In this document: positions 1 through 12,569 of the stretch, piece after piece
Layout: the number at the start of each line of letters is the position of its first letter
Position numbering within the stretch: the stretch's first letter is position 1
Assembly (NCBI RefSeq): GCF_963921235.1
Contig: NC_086106.1
Span: forward strand, 22,072,001 to 22,136,000
Origin: Mobula hypostoma
Taxonomy: Eukaryota
Reading direction: 5' to 3'
DNA length: 64,000 nucleotides
Position numbers and translations under genes: made by a program
Notes under the pieces: generated by a model
The model's input: only the letters and a program-made list of their open reading frames with translations
What the model was told of the DNA's origin: nothing
The model's database searches: none

Positions 1-1060
1 CTGGCTCTCTATAGATACCTCCCTTTTTTGAATCTTTCATAAGCTCTTCCTTTCTTCCTGAATAGATTTACAAAAGCTTTTGTACACCACTGTTCCTGTA
101 CCCTACCATCCTTTGCCTGTCTCATTGGAACGTACATATGCAGAATTCCACGCAAATATCCCATGAATCTTTGCCAGATTTCTTCCGTCCATTTCCCTGA
201 GAACTTCTGTTTCCATTTTTTTCTCCAATTTTGCGCCTGATAGCCTCATATTTCCCCTTACTCCAATTAAACACTTTCCAAACTTGTCTGTTCGGATTAC
301 CCCTCCACTGCTATGGTAAAGGAGATAGAGCTGTGATCACTATCTCCAAACTGCTCCTTCACTCAGAGATATGACACCTGACCAGGTACATTTTCCAATA
401 CCAGATCAAGCACAGCCTTGCCTTCTGCAGGCGTATTTAAATATGGTGTCCACAAACCCCCCTGAACACACCTAACAAACTCCACCCCATCCAAACCCCG
501 CGCTCATGCCGATCGATATATGGGAAATTAAAATCTCCCACCAATAAACCTCTGTTTTTATTACAACTTTCCAGAATCTGTCTCCCTATCTGCTCCTGGA
601 TGCCCATGCTGCTGCTGGGTGGTCTATAAAAACACCGAGCCAGGCTTTCGAAGTTTCCATGCCTCCCCCTGCGTCATCGAACTCTCCGTTATGGCCACAA
701 CACCTTTGCTCCAAGTGCTGATCGACGCCCTAAGCTCATGCGCATTGTTTCTAATACTCCTTGCATTAAAATGGACACACCTCAAACCATCCGTCTGAGC
801 GCAACCCTTCTCTATCACCTGCCTATCCTCCTCTCGCATTGTCTACAAATTATCTCTATTTGTAAGCGAACCGGCTCTTCCTCCGTCTCTGCAGTTTGGC
901 TCTCAACCCCTATTTGAAGGTCATCGAGCTGCATCTCCAGTTCCCTAACACAGTCCTTAAGGAGCTGCAGCTCGACGCACCTGCCGCAAGGGTGGCCGTC
1001 CGGGAGACGGAGAGTCTCCCGGGCCTTCCACATCTGACACAAAGCACAGAAATCAAACAC
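1..1060 (-). mobile_element. Decayed CR1 LINE, ORF1 zinc-finger/leucine-zipper region and start of ORF2 endonuclease
   Basis: ORF 815-1138 contains FCALCQMW...CGRCVELQLLKDCVRELEMQLDDL (CR1 ORF1). ORF 624-839 contains LRCVHFNARSIRN...ELRA...VVAITES (CR1 APE start). The same motifs recur at 41029, 49742 and 58780. Confidence 0.85.
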
Positions 1061-2009
1061 ATTATAGGATCCTACAGCAATATAACTCAATGTGGCTACT
1101 TGCATAGACACCATCAAATGCCAGACATCATTCATCAAAGACTAGCTTTAAAATAATAACTCATAAAAAATCATACCTTACTATAAATGCAAGTCTCATC
1201 CAGTTTTACAGTCGTAATTCCACAAGTTTTTTTTGATCAATCGGTTATGTTGAATAGGCCAGATAGTTTATATATATACATATATCCTGTCCAGTGACTT
1301 ACCAAACTTCGCTGAACAGCTTACTACAGCCCCACTTACTGATCAATTTATGATCGGCACTATAAGCGACTGGTAGATGCTGATTTAATTCCTACGGGAA
1401 TGGGACCATCCTTGCCATGGGACCGGTTGCTTTGGAAGCAGTTACTGTTCAGACATATTCTATTCCACAAAGCCGGAATGAGAATTTATATATTGCCTCC
1501 GTGAGCAATAGAAAACTTAAAGGCACAAGGAAACCTAACAAAAAAATGACATTCCATAATTAGTTAATTTATTATTAAATACTATGAATTATACGCAGAT
1601 ATAAGCACTCTTGACAGGACTAGAATCCTGTTCTTTTAAACACATTCACAGTCTTAAGAAATCTGTTCCTTTCAAGATAAGAGTTTGTGTATCATGCCGG
1701 TGTCTGAACTATTGTCAAATATAGATTGGAAACGGCAACAGCTGCTCCCCAGACACTGTCAGTTAATCCATTAAGATGTAGCCTGCTCCGATAACAGTAA
1801 AAGTGAACAAGCAAATATATTGCGGTGTAAGACAGGTGCAAACGTGAATGGTAATTCATACTCTCTTTCTGAGAACTGCACGACATCAGGATATTGGCCT
1901 TGCAGGAAATCGGCCTGAAGTTTATAGCGACCTGTTCTGACTCCTCGGATCGTAAATATCTGCTTTTCCTTTGGACTAGTGCAGTACCAGGGGAAAAGAA
2001 TTGATTCAA

Positions 2010-2360
2010 AGCTATTTGATAAGGTAAAGGTGTCGCGCTTCCTTCTGTCCATCCCATCGCTGTGCAACCTAGAAACTGTCCCTGCTGTGTGGAAAACATC
2101 ACGTGTAGCCCCAGGACTCAGAAACAGACAACCAAAAATCTGGAATGATTACTGTCTAGTGGCCCTGACCTCAAAGATCATGGAGACCACAGAAAGGCTG
2201 GTCCAGGCTTAGCTCAGACCCCTGGTCAGATCAACACTCGATCCCAAAGAGATTGACTACCAGAAGCATAATGGAGACGACGATGTTATCATCCAGCCTC
2301 TGAACAGAGCCTGCTTACCTTTAACTAAACAGCGCATCACTCTGACGATGATATATTTTT
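2010..2360 (+). mobile_element. Rex1/Babar-like LINE RT fragment
   Basis: PAVWKTSRVAP...NDYCLVALTSKIMETTERLV resembles the Rex1-type P..WK...I.PVPK...NDYRPVALTS..MK..ERLV motif. Confidence 0.7.
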
Positions 2361-2439
2361 TGATTTAATAATTGCCTTCAAGACAATAAGCATTGCTTGG
2401 GTAAAGGCACTGTTTAATATCGATTAGTCTGTTATTTTG

Positions 2440-2643
2440 TTGCTACGGGCGGCAGTGGAGGTCACGACATTGTGTTTATTTAAGGCAGAGATTGATATGT
2501 ATCTGAGTAGCTAGGGCATCAACGTTTATGGTGAGAAGGCGGGGGATTGCGACCAAACGGGAGAAAAGATCAACTCTTGATAAAATGGCGAAGCAGACTC
2601 GATGGTCCGAATGGACGACTTCTGCTTCGTTGTCTTATGGTCT
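2440..2643 (+). mobile_element. CR1 3' end fragment
   Basis: ggcagtggagg...tttaaggcagagattgat...ggagaaggcgggg...gtcttatggtct; closely matches the CR1 3' end at 20815-21008. Confidence 0.75.
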
Positions 2644-4699
2644 ATCCCCGAGAATGGACAATCTGACAGGCAGACCACAGATGTGCGGCTTCGGAGCTAT
2701 GTGTCAGAAATGGTTATAAGCATCACTGGAAACCATCCACCAATCCCCTCCCCCCCCCCCCCCCCGCCACCCCGGTGGATTGTATTGGATTCATTCCTGT
2801 TTACCCTCCAGGTGTCGGACTTTAAATACAATACTGAGCCGTATCATGTACAGAAATTCACTGAGGACTAGACAATACTTGAGTGTATAAATCGAAACCG
2901 ATATAATGAATGCAGTGCACTGGTGGAGGACTTTGACTAATGGTGCAAGATGAGTAATCTGCAGTTTCAAATTAGTAATTATAATGCTAATTCTGCTTTG
3001 CTCATGTTACTATTGATTCTGAGGACGTAGATGTGATGAGGACGAGTACAACACCGATACAGAGACAGTGTACAAGAAGGGTTATTGCGGCCTAAAAATG
3101 CTGAATAGACTAAAGTCCTTTACGGTATTAAGGCATCTCCTTCGCAAGCTTTAGCAGCCTTTGTCGCCAGTTCAATTTTCCATGCAGTGCTGTGCTGGAT
3201 CAGTGATATCAACACGGGTATTGCTCACATTACGAAGAATACACCTTCACGCGGACTGATACCAACACATCTATCTGCAAGCTTGCTTACCATGGAAATT
3301 CTTGAAAACTTGCTAATACAAAATTGTGATGGTAATTCAAAGCTATCAAAGACGGGTAGTTTGAAATTAAGATTCAACATGATATTGAGGACGTACATGA
3401 TGTGCGTATCAATCTTAATTCCTAAATTTGCCAGTAAGACTGACTGGACACATAAGCCAAGTGCAAAAGAAAGTGAATGCTTCGGTACACGATGTAAATG
3501 AGTTTTTGAAGAAGCCAGGTGTATTTTTATATGTGTCTGGGTCCGAGTCAGAGATGAATATTTGCTCTCAGCCTGAGTATTCCGGGAATTGTTACGTTCG
3601 ATCTCAAAACCTGAAGCTCCAGTATTCCCCAGCTAATAGTTGCTGTGAGCGGACTGAACGTTCTGCAATTCATAACTGTTTAAGGAGCCGCTGAAAAAAA
3701 ACACCCTGATCGAAAAGAGCAGGTTGGGAAATAAGGAATGGTTTGCCTGATGTAGTGTCTGTATCTTTGATTGTCTTAAATTCGCAAGCTGTCTGCAATA
3801 TTATGAAAACTGAAAGGGAAGTTATTTAATTTTCTATCGAGAACCAGATTTTTTATTTCATTCTTCTTTTCAATACTTTCTGCAGAGAGTCATTATTCTC
3901 ATTAATTTTATGTAATCAGGGTATTCTTGCCACATTAGTCCTTTACAATTAATTTCAGTTCCAGTAATCGCTGTTTACATGAAAAAGCTGTTCATTACAT
4001 ATGTATTCAACTCTGAAACTATATATGTTAAGTCTAATGGCGTACAAATTGACAGAAGTTTTTTTTTCTGCGATGTTGAATAAACGTTTCTAGAAGTATT
4101 AATTGCGCCATCTTGCACCAACTTATGCGTGAATAAGGAAGCTCGGAATTGCAGTGCACTTCACCGAGCAATTCCATTCACGTGCAAGTTGTTTTGAGAT
4201 TAGACGTTCACCGCACTTTCATTGGTTTGACTGCTTAATTCTTAATGTTCTACGTAATACACTCCCGTCCACGGTACTCATTGTCTTTTTTTTTGTCTTC
4301 GTTTTTGCACTTTATTGGCATACTACTGGAAGAATGCTTCTGCAGAAGTGGCTGCGGAAGTTGTGAGCAGAAGCGCCCTCTAGCAATTATCAAACATATC
4401 CAGTTTGAATATTTCGCATATTTAATGCTTGGCGAAAACTTCACTTTTCAACTTGCCGCAGTTTTCTCTGACCCCCTCCATTCGAAAAAGTAAGTGGCAT
4501 CGCAGTTTGGAGATTAACTATTAAGAGGACAGTCTTCCACGATACAGCTTACTTTATTCTCCTATGTACTTCTCTTCTTCAGAAGGTGGTTGCGATTTTG
4601 TTCGGCTGCATTATCCACATTTAATATACGTTTCTTCGCAAGTAGTTGGTTTCTGGTCCGACTGTGCTGCAGGCAATTCCTCATCTCTGGGAACGGCCA

Positions 4700-5303
4700 T
4701 CAAAGCGTAAATCCTTGAGTCTGGGGGATCGGAGATCCCTTTGCACCTCGTGAAAGACCTGCTTCGCCGGAGATTCGACGTCCTACGCGCAGTGGGACAA
4801 AGAAACATTGATAATGAAACACAGAGACAGCAGGACCTGTGTTTGCCTATCACCCGCTGCTCTCAAAATATGGCCCCTGTACTGGAGCCATCCCTCCTTC
4901 TTTTAAAGTAGAGTGAGACCCTGTAGTCCTTGTATCGCGGCGTTTGCGGTAGGGACACGGAAGCTTGCAAAATTGGAACGGCGCCAGCTTGTCCCGCTCT
5001 CGTTGCTGCAGGACCTACCACACTCTCCGTCGCTGGAGAGAGAGAGATGCTCCCTGGCTTACGGATATTTTGGGTTTTGGCAAGTACTAATGGACGCTGG
5101 ATAACTATCGTGGTGGATGTGGAGTTGTAGAGTTTAGGTGCTTCTCCAGCCGCGAGTGTGTTGCTGATGCTTTGCTGCTGCTGTTGAAAGGGAAAGTGAG
5201 GGGACTTAGGGGCTTTAAAGTCTATATAATTCATTCTATGGGCTGTCTAGTTTAGTGGATGCCTCTGAAGAGTAAGAATTTCATATTGTACACGGCATGC
5301 ATT
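4700..5303 (+). mobile_element. Old interspersed repeat with a LINE-type 3' tail, split by the Gypsy insertion (tail resumes at 10108-10145)
   Basis: taattcattctatggg...ttgtacacggcat before the provirus continues as ...gatattaaataaacctttgaac after it. Family assignment is from recall only. Confidence 0.4.
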
Positions 5304-5718
5304 TGCTGCAGGGATGTGGCTGGGAATGAACACAAGAGCAGGACACAGGGACGAAGTAGAAGTCGTGAGGTGTCAGTGCAGCCGCGAACGTGGAACGGGT
5401 ATTCAAAAGAGTCTTTGCATGGAGACAAGTTTTAAGTAGTTCTTTTATTTATTTATTTATTTTTTTCCCAGTGAATGCTGAGCGGCTCAGAACTGACAGA
5501 CGTATGGAGTCAGGAAACGAGGTTTGCAACACCAGAATAAACAAACGAACTGGAGAAGTATGAGAGCAACGCCAGGGTTCTTAACCTCAGTTCACCGCTG
5601 TAAAGCAGTTGTGTTGTAATTAATGGACAGTGGGAGCAGTTAGAAAGCAGACGATGGGATTAAGACCTAATCAAGTAGATAATAGCAAAATGGGGCATTA
5701 CCGGACAGGACCATTACA
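5304..5718 (-). repeat. 3' LTR of the Gypsy provirus
   Basis: Direct repeat of 9718-10107; 19 mismatches in the 90-nt block 5340-5429 (hand count). Confidence 0.85.
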
Positions 5719-8700
5719 GACAACAGCCCCCCCGCCCCACGCAATAATGGGAGCCTCCAGGCCAATCGCCTAGGCTTGTCTGGTTGGTCCCGATAGAAAT
5801 TCTGGATGACGAAGAGGTCCAGGATGAAGGCGGGGTGGGCGGGTGGAACCCAGGAACGCTCCACAGTACTAATCAGAGAGTTGTGGGTGGCATTGGAGAC
5901 CCCTGCACTGAGGGCGCACATCTTGTAGCCGCCGGACGGTGTATGCCGGATGGCCGCCGATGCTCCGGGATGGTTGTTGATGATTTTTTCGACCTCGAAA
6001 TGTTCCAGGAAGCCAGGGGCGAGTTTCGTAGGCTCGTTTTTGAGAGGGGTGTCTTTGCATAAGAGCCACACCTTCTGCCCAGGTCGATATTCAGGCGCAG
6101 GAGTCTGGTGTCGATCGGCAGTCCCCTTATTGCGATCGGCTGATCTGACAAGGGTCGTGCGTTTGTCCTCCCAAACCTTGAGGCGCCGATCGATATGGGG
6201 CGGAACAGACGGCACCGCAATCTCCTCTTCTCGCGCGGGGAGCAGCGGAGGCTGGTACCTAAGGGAGCACTGGAAGGGAGATCTTCCGGTGGCAGTACTA
6301 ACCAGAGAGTTGTGGGTGGTCTCAACCCACGCGAGGTGGTCGCTTCAGATAAACGGTTTGTTGGTTGTTTTACAACGTACTGTCGCCTCTAAATGCTGGT
6401 TGACCCGTTCTGTTTGCACGTTCGTCTGAGCGTGGAAGCCGGAAGGCAGGCTGACCAATGCACCCAAGGCTTTGCAGAAGGCCTTCCATGCCTGCGAGAC
6501 GAATTGGGGACGTTGATCGGAGACTATATCCGTGGGAATTCCGTGGACGAGAAGGTCTGTGGTTTATGGACAGAAGGGCGTCCAGGGAGGTATACAAAGT
6601 GCACCGTCTTGGAGAACCGGCCCACCACGGTGAGGACAGTGGTGTTTCAATGTGAAGGGTGTAGACCAGTGACAAAATCGAGGGGGATTTCGGAACAAGC
6701 ACGACCACAGACAGGGAGGGAAAGTAGTCATCCCCTTAGGCTTCCTTTACTATGGACTCAATCTCCCAAGTGAGGGATGCCACCACTAAGGATTGTGGGA
6801 GGATTGTCTCTGGGCTGGAAGTGTTCTCCTTGGAATTATATTGGCGGGAGAGCGCTCCAGGTTTCCAGTTCTTTTACTCTGGACGGTTTGGGAGAGAAAA
6901 CGTGAATCGTCCAAAAAATAATGCCCAAATGGCCGGGCAGGGTTTCAAACGTTTGGCGGTCTGAATATAACCCAAATTCTTATGATCAGTCCAAGCAATA
7001 AACCGGTGTTCCGCCCCCTGCAGCCAGTGCCCCCACTCCTCCAATGCTAGCTTGACCGCCAGTAGTTCCCGATTCCCCACGCCGTAAATTCGCTCGGCGG
7101 GGGCAGCCGCGAGAAAACAAGACACAGGGATGACACCTCTGCTCCGGACATGATCGTTCGAAGAGGACTGCTCCCACCCCGGAGTGGGAGGCGTTAACCT
7201 CAACAATGAATTGGCGTGAGCGGTCTGGTTAGACCACGACGAGTGCGGTCGTGAGACATCTCTGTTAGTTCCGTGAAAGCTGAATCGGCCTCGAAGTCCC
7301 AAAGACAAGTTGTTTGGGCGACGTCAGTCGAGTGAGGGGCGCCGCCACCAGACTGTAATCGCTTATAAATCGGCGGTAATAATTTGCAAAACACCAAAAC
7401 CGCTGAGATCGTTTGCGGGTCGTGGGTGTGGGCATTCTTCCACCGCCAGGATCTTCATTGGCTATGCCCTCACTTGCACTCTCTCCATGATGTAGCCCAG
7501 GAAGCTGACCGAGGGAACCTGGAACTCACACTTCTCCACCTTCACAAATAAATGTTCTCCCACAGTTTCTGGAGGACTGGACAGACATGGTGAATGTGTT
7601 TCTGGAGGCTTCTAGAACATATGAAGATATCATCCAGGTTAGCGAACACGAATCGGTTAATAAAGTCCAACAGCACATCATTGATCAGGGCCTGAGAAAC
7701 GGCGGGGGCATTGGTGAGGACAAACGGCATGACCAAGTATTCGAAGTGGTCCAATGGTGTTTTAAAGGCCGTCTTCCACTCGTCTTCCTCCCTCATCTTG
7801 ACGAGATGGTATGTGCTACGAATGTCAAAATTCGAGGATATGGTGGCTCCATGAAGCGGTTCAAATGCAGAGGTAATGAGGGACAGCGGGTACTTACATT
7901 TAACTGTTATATTAAATAGGCCTCGGTAATCAATATAGGGACGAAGGGACCCATCCTTCTTCTCTACAAAGTAGAAACCTTCGGCCATCGGGGAGGGTGA
8001 GGGTCGAATATTAACCGCCGCGAGGGAATCACTAATCATTTTCTCCATGTCCTCCCCAACCGGTCGGGGCATGTTATAAAGACGACTGGTGTGTAACGAT
8101 GCCCCGGGGGAAAGTTCGATAGCGCAATCGATAGCGGAGGCAGGGAAAGAGACCATTGTTTGCTGAATACCTGTCCCAGGACATGATGTTCTGCGGGGAT
8201 TCCGGGCAAGTCGAGGGGTTTCAAGAATGGCGAGGTCGCAGAAGCCTCCCTAGGGAATAGAGCCGACCGCGGACAGGTGCCGTGGCAAAACGGACTCCAA
8301 CTGGCTATCCTCCCGGTAGACCAGTCGATTTACGTGTTGTGGTGCTTCAGTCAGGGATATTCTCGAACTACAAGAGCTTGAGAAGAATGGATGAGATTAA
8401 ATCGTACCTCCGCACGATGTTTTCCAGACAGAATCAAGGTCCGGGTGACGGACAGTGGGTAACTCGAGCCAGCAGTTTTCTGTCCAGCGCCCGGGCCTCC
8501 GGAGGGGTACTTAACGGTTCCCGAGGTATTTCGGACCGGGAGGCTACGTCCTCGTCCAGCAGATTTCCCTCGGCATTGGAATCCACCAAGGCATATAGGG
8601 ACAGGGACTATTGTTGAGAGTTCACGGTAGCCGGGATCTGCATCCTGGTCTGGGGTCTGAAAGGGCTGTCGTCCGGCTCACCATGCTCTCCCTTTCTACT

Positions 8701-9717
8701 GGTGAGACATCCTTTTGGCCGCAGAGGAGACGTATTCCTGAAATGTCTGGGTTGGCCGCAATAATAATAATCCCAAGCTTGCCGTCTCAAAGGTCGTTCG
8801 GCAGAGGAGAGACGCTTCCGTCCCAGCTGCATCGGTTTGTCCCCTAGGGTAGTATGGACGTTCGGAGCAGGAGCGATACTTAGAGAGCCCGGGGAAAATA
8901 GCCTGGCTGAAGATGGTAAGATGAGCCGTTGCATGACCCGAGTAGCGGGGCGACTGGTCTTTCCTCTCAGACGCTTTGAAGTTGAATATCTAGTCTGGTG
9001 GCTAGAAAGATCAGAGTGTACAGGTTGTCCGCGTCATGCCTCTTGTCAATTGAACTGTTGTCTTATCTGAGAGGCCCTGCCGAAACACCTAGAGTTGACC
9101 GCTAATTGTCGGAAATCGATGGAGTGTTTTGGTACGCTTTGCGAACACTGACATCGAGATAGCAAGCGCTTAGGAACGTCCTTACCGCGCGTGGGCTGTT
9201 CAACAACCTTCAACATGTCAGGTACGGAATAGGAGAAGGAGAAACAGCCCTCCGCTCAGTTATCCCAGATCGTTGTGTTCCATACTTGGACATCCCCTCG
9301 TAGCAGTGACATGATATACGCAATGATTGAGCTATCCGATGTGCACTTACGTGGCTGTCGCGCGAAAAACAAAGAGCATTGTAATAAGACGGCCCAGCAG
9401 TTCCCTAGGTCCCCAGCGTAAGGTTCCGGTTCGGTTACGTACGGCTCTCGAGCGGATTGTGTTGCCGACCCAAGGGGCGTTGCCGTCCCAAGCTGTGCGG
9501 TTTGATTAGACGGGGTTGTTGGGAGGGACGAGGTAAGGGAAGCGGATACCCGGTCATACTGCTCACTGACCTTCCTTACAGTCGTGAACAGCGCAGAAAG
9601 GTTTTCGTGACCTCTCTGAGCAGCTGGTCGTGGGCCCCCAGTAGGTAGCCCTGGCTGGCAAGGCCCTGTTGCACGGGGTCCCTGTCCGCTCTGTTCATTC
9701 TGGCCAGTTCGTTCATT

Positions 9718-10107
9718 TGCAAGGATGTGATTGGGGACGAACCCAACAGCAGGACACAGACACGGAGAAAGGGTCGTGAGGCGTTCTTGCAGCCGTGAAC
9801 GTGGAACAGGTATTCAGGAGTATCTTTACACGGAGACAAGGTTTACATAGACCATCGAGGAAGTGGTGCGGCGCTTAGCACTGTCCGTCATAAGGAATCA
9901 GGAAACGAGGTTTACACACATTCGAATAGACCAAAGAACTGGTGCAGCATGACAGTGACGCCAGGGTTCTTATCCTCAGTTGGCTGATGGAAAGCAGGTC
10001 TGCTGTAATTAATGAAAACTGGAAACAATTGGCAATCATACGAAGGGCATAACACCTAAGCCAGGAGATAATATCAAGATGGGGCATTGCCGGACGGGAC
10101 CATAACA
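9718..10107 (-). repeat. 5' LTR of the Gypsy provirus
   Basis: Homologous to 5304-5718; followed on - by gaacgaactggccagaatg and a gag-like start (MNRADRDP). Confidence 0.85.
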
Positions 10108-10529
10108 GCATTCCCTGATATTAAATAAACCTTTGAACATTTGATGTGCAGCTTGGCCTTTGCAGTTAAAAAAAAAGGTATTTTTCCACAATTTACATCC
10201 ATTGCCTTTTTTTGCCCTTATATTTTATTTCCTAGATATCTACATATGGAACCCTGTTGGTGTCAGAACACAGCTCCAAGATTTTAACTGTTCCAACACA
10301 GAACAGTCACCCTCACAATGGAAAGAAAACGCAATGTATCAGTGGATGCTGTCTGGGCTGCTGTGCTCCCCCAGCAGATTTCCGGCAGATCATGTGATTG
10401 TGACTCTTTCTGATTGGTTTTGCACAGGAACTACCGATGTTCAACCCAGCCAGAGTTTTCTGTGATTTCATAATTTTACCTATCGCTGTTCCGTGATAGA
10501 CATTAGACAGGGTGGCGGAGGCAGTCGAA

Positions 10530-10575
10530 ATGGATCTGCTTACGCTCATTGGGTTCTGCCTGACGTTTAGTTTCG
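10530..10575 (+). CDS. Leader exon (L-part1) of TCR alpha/delta-type V segment V1
   Basis: ATG at 10530; encodes MDLLTLIGFCLTFSF+G; 46 nt, phase 1; donor GTACG at 10576. Splices in frame to 11225. Confidence 0.85.
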
Positions 10576-11224
10576 GTACGAAGTCTCAAACATATCGAGT
10601 GGTTTAGTTTCGATAAGAATAGAAATCAAATTAGAAGAAGTGTTGTTCAGTTTTCCCAATACCTTTACCGTGTCTGACTTGTGTGTTGGTAATAGAAGGG
10701 GTTCGGCATTTTAGAGGCATAACGGGTAGTAAACAATGTGAAAAAACTATAAAATTTTGGAAATCAGCATACGGGTAATTATTCTATGTTTGTACAAGGT
10801 AGCCTCATTTTCTTCGGAAAAATTACTCCGCCTACTCATTTCAGGTTGTCTGGGTTTTAGGACAGTAAATGTGGAGGGAATCCTGGTCTTATGTCTCTGC
10901 AATGGAGATTAGATTAGGAATATACGAAGTGAATGTTATTCGTTGTGCTACAGAATATTTGACAGCGTAATTAGTTGGAATTGCAATCGTCCATGCAACC
11001 CTGCTATGTGCGTGAAGGACAAAGGAATAGGGACAACCTGACAGAACGAAGTGAGAAGCTGCAGGAGACATTGCTGTGGGATACGCAGGGCTCTTTGGGA
11101 TACATTAGACTCAGTCCTAACCTGTCCTTGAAATTGCGTTATTCATATAAAATTCTTTGAAAGTGTTCTCGAATATTACGTTTCAATTAACAGTCTGTAT
11201 ATATTCTCTGCTTCCGTTAAGCAG

Positions 11225-11537
11225 GCTTGGCTGACCCCAATGGCATAAAACATCGAGAATCATCCCTCACACGGACAAAGTGGGATGTCGTTACTTTGAC
11301 CTGCACTTACACCAAGGGGGCCTATTATTTGTCTTGGTACCGCAAATACCCAGGACGGCAGCCGGAATTTGCCGTCGGGAGAAGTACTCAGGGCAGCATT
11401 TCAATCAAGGCCAATTTCGCCGAAGGCCGTTTCCTTGACACAGTACAAGATTCATTAAAGGAATTCCAACTAACTATCCGAGGTGTCTGGCTGTCTGACA
11501 CAGCTACATATTATTGTGCAGAGCAGCCCATGGTTAG
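11225..11537 (+). CDS. V exon of TCR alpha/delta-type V segment V1 (apparently intact)
   Basis: Acceptor AG at 11223-11224. Open frame (G)LADPNGIKHRESSLTRTKWDVVTLTC TYTKGAYYLS WYRKYPGRQPEF...GRFLDTVQD...FQLTI...SDTATYYCAEQPMV with conserved Cys-Trp-Cys; RSS immediately downstream. Alpha versus delta cannot be decided from sequence alone. Confidence 0.92.
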
Positions 11538-11576
11538 CACAATGCTGAGATAGAGCTGGTACCTCATACAATAACT
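11538..11576 (+). other. 23-spacer recombination signal sequence of V1
   Basis: CACAATG (11538-11544) + 23 nt + ACAATAACT (11568-11576). Confidence 0.9.
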
Positions 11577-12569
11577 ACCGCACATTTCTTGAAAACAGAT
11601 GTTGTCTGTTGTGGTCTCTTTCAAACTGCCGTACATCTTCTAACGCCGTAACATATCTACTGGATGCGCGATGATATAATTAACCTGATACAACAGGATT
11701 CTGATCAGTCATATACACTTGTTCATGACTGCCGATTTAGATTTTTTTTTTTCTGGTTTCAAGCTAACTGAGGAATGCTCCATTTTCCAAATATAAAAGA
11801 AAAAAAAAAGTTAAGTAAGCAAAGGGCTGCCCTATCTGTTCCTCTAAACCCATGGGATTTTATGCAAATTATAATGCAATGAATATAACACATATGTTAT
11901 TTTTTTACTGACTTACTGGTTTATTTGTTGTATTGTAGGAATGCCACCGACGAGATTATGGATATTCGGAAATAATAAGTAAAAAACTTTTGAGTGACTG
12001 AAGCCAACACTTCTATTGATGATATCGTAATGAACAAGAAGATAAAGTGGTTATTGAGCATTATAGGAACCAATGGCGAAACGTTGTGTACAATAGGTAG
12101 GGGGCACTTGATCATCAAATAAATGGCGTTTATTACTTTCAGTAACACCACCCAATATATAGCTATGGGAGCGGTTAAATGCCTCTCAGACAGTCTGCCT
12201 TTGCTAATGCCTTGATCCTTCAGTCCAAACTGTAACTCAGAGAGGTACACCTTCACACCAGCTGGACAAAGTCATTCTAATGCTTTCTAAATCTCGTTGC
12301 TGAGGGTAGCTCTATTTATCCTTCGATTAAGTCTACCACCACGGCATAACATAACACCCAAAATATAGATACTGATATTATAAAGTAAATATGTAACTTC
12401 AAGACACAGAGGTAAAATAAATTCCGTAACGTGCTTCGTGTGATTGTGTCATTAGGCAAATAATACGCAACAGACACTTCCAAGCCCCATCAACATCAGT
12501 CGAGAAACATGAAAACATGCATGTAAAGTTAATAACACCATACGACGTAGAAGCGAACTTTTGATATTT

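Larger units (their letters stand above)
5304..10107 (-). mobile_element. Ty3/Gypsy LTR retrotransposon, decayed provirus with both LTRs and a 5-bp TSD
   Basis: TG...CA termini. GCATT flanks both sides (5299-5303, 10108-10112). RT ORF 7542-8156 ([44 protein letters not shown]). RNase H ORF 6874-7308 ([25 protein letters not shown]). Integrase/chromodomain remnants 5720-6700. Purine-rich PPT (on -) at about 5719-5740. Confidence 0.92.

Noticed and set aside
4245-4495. Exon-like stretch ending in a GTAAGT donor and containing GENFTF
   Set aside because: No Cys/Trp framework, no partner exon, no RSS.
10530-11576. V1 or V2 as a NAR-TCR supporting V-delta, or as an IgH-like/TAILV segment
   Set aside because: Both have their own leader exon (supporting V-deltas are leaderless) and no extra Cys. 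The framework is TCR-like, and no IgNAR- or IgH-like V or D cassette was seen nearby.
11862-11875. Ig octamer ATGCAAAT followed by TATAAT
   Set aside because: No leader or V exon follows; the next ATG gives MPPTRLWIFGNNK*. About one or two such octamers are expected by chance in 64 kb.
11921-12256. 111-aa minus-strand ORF next to V1
   Set aside because: AT-rich, no recognisable domain, non-ATG start, no splice support.
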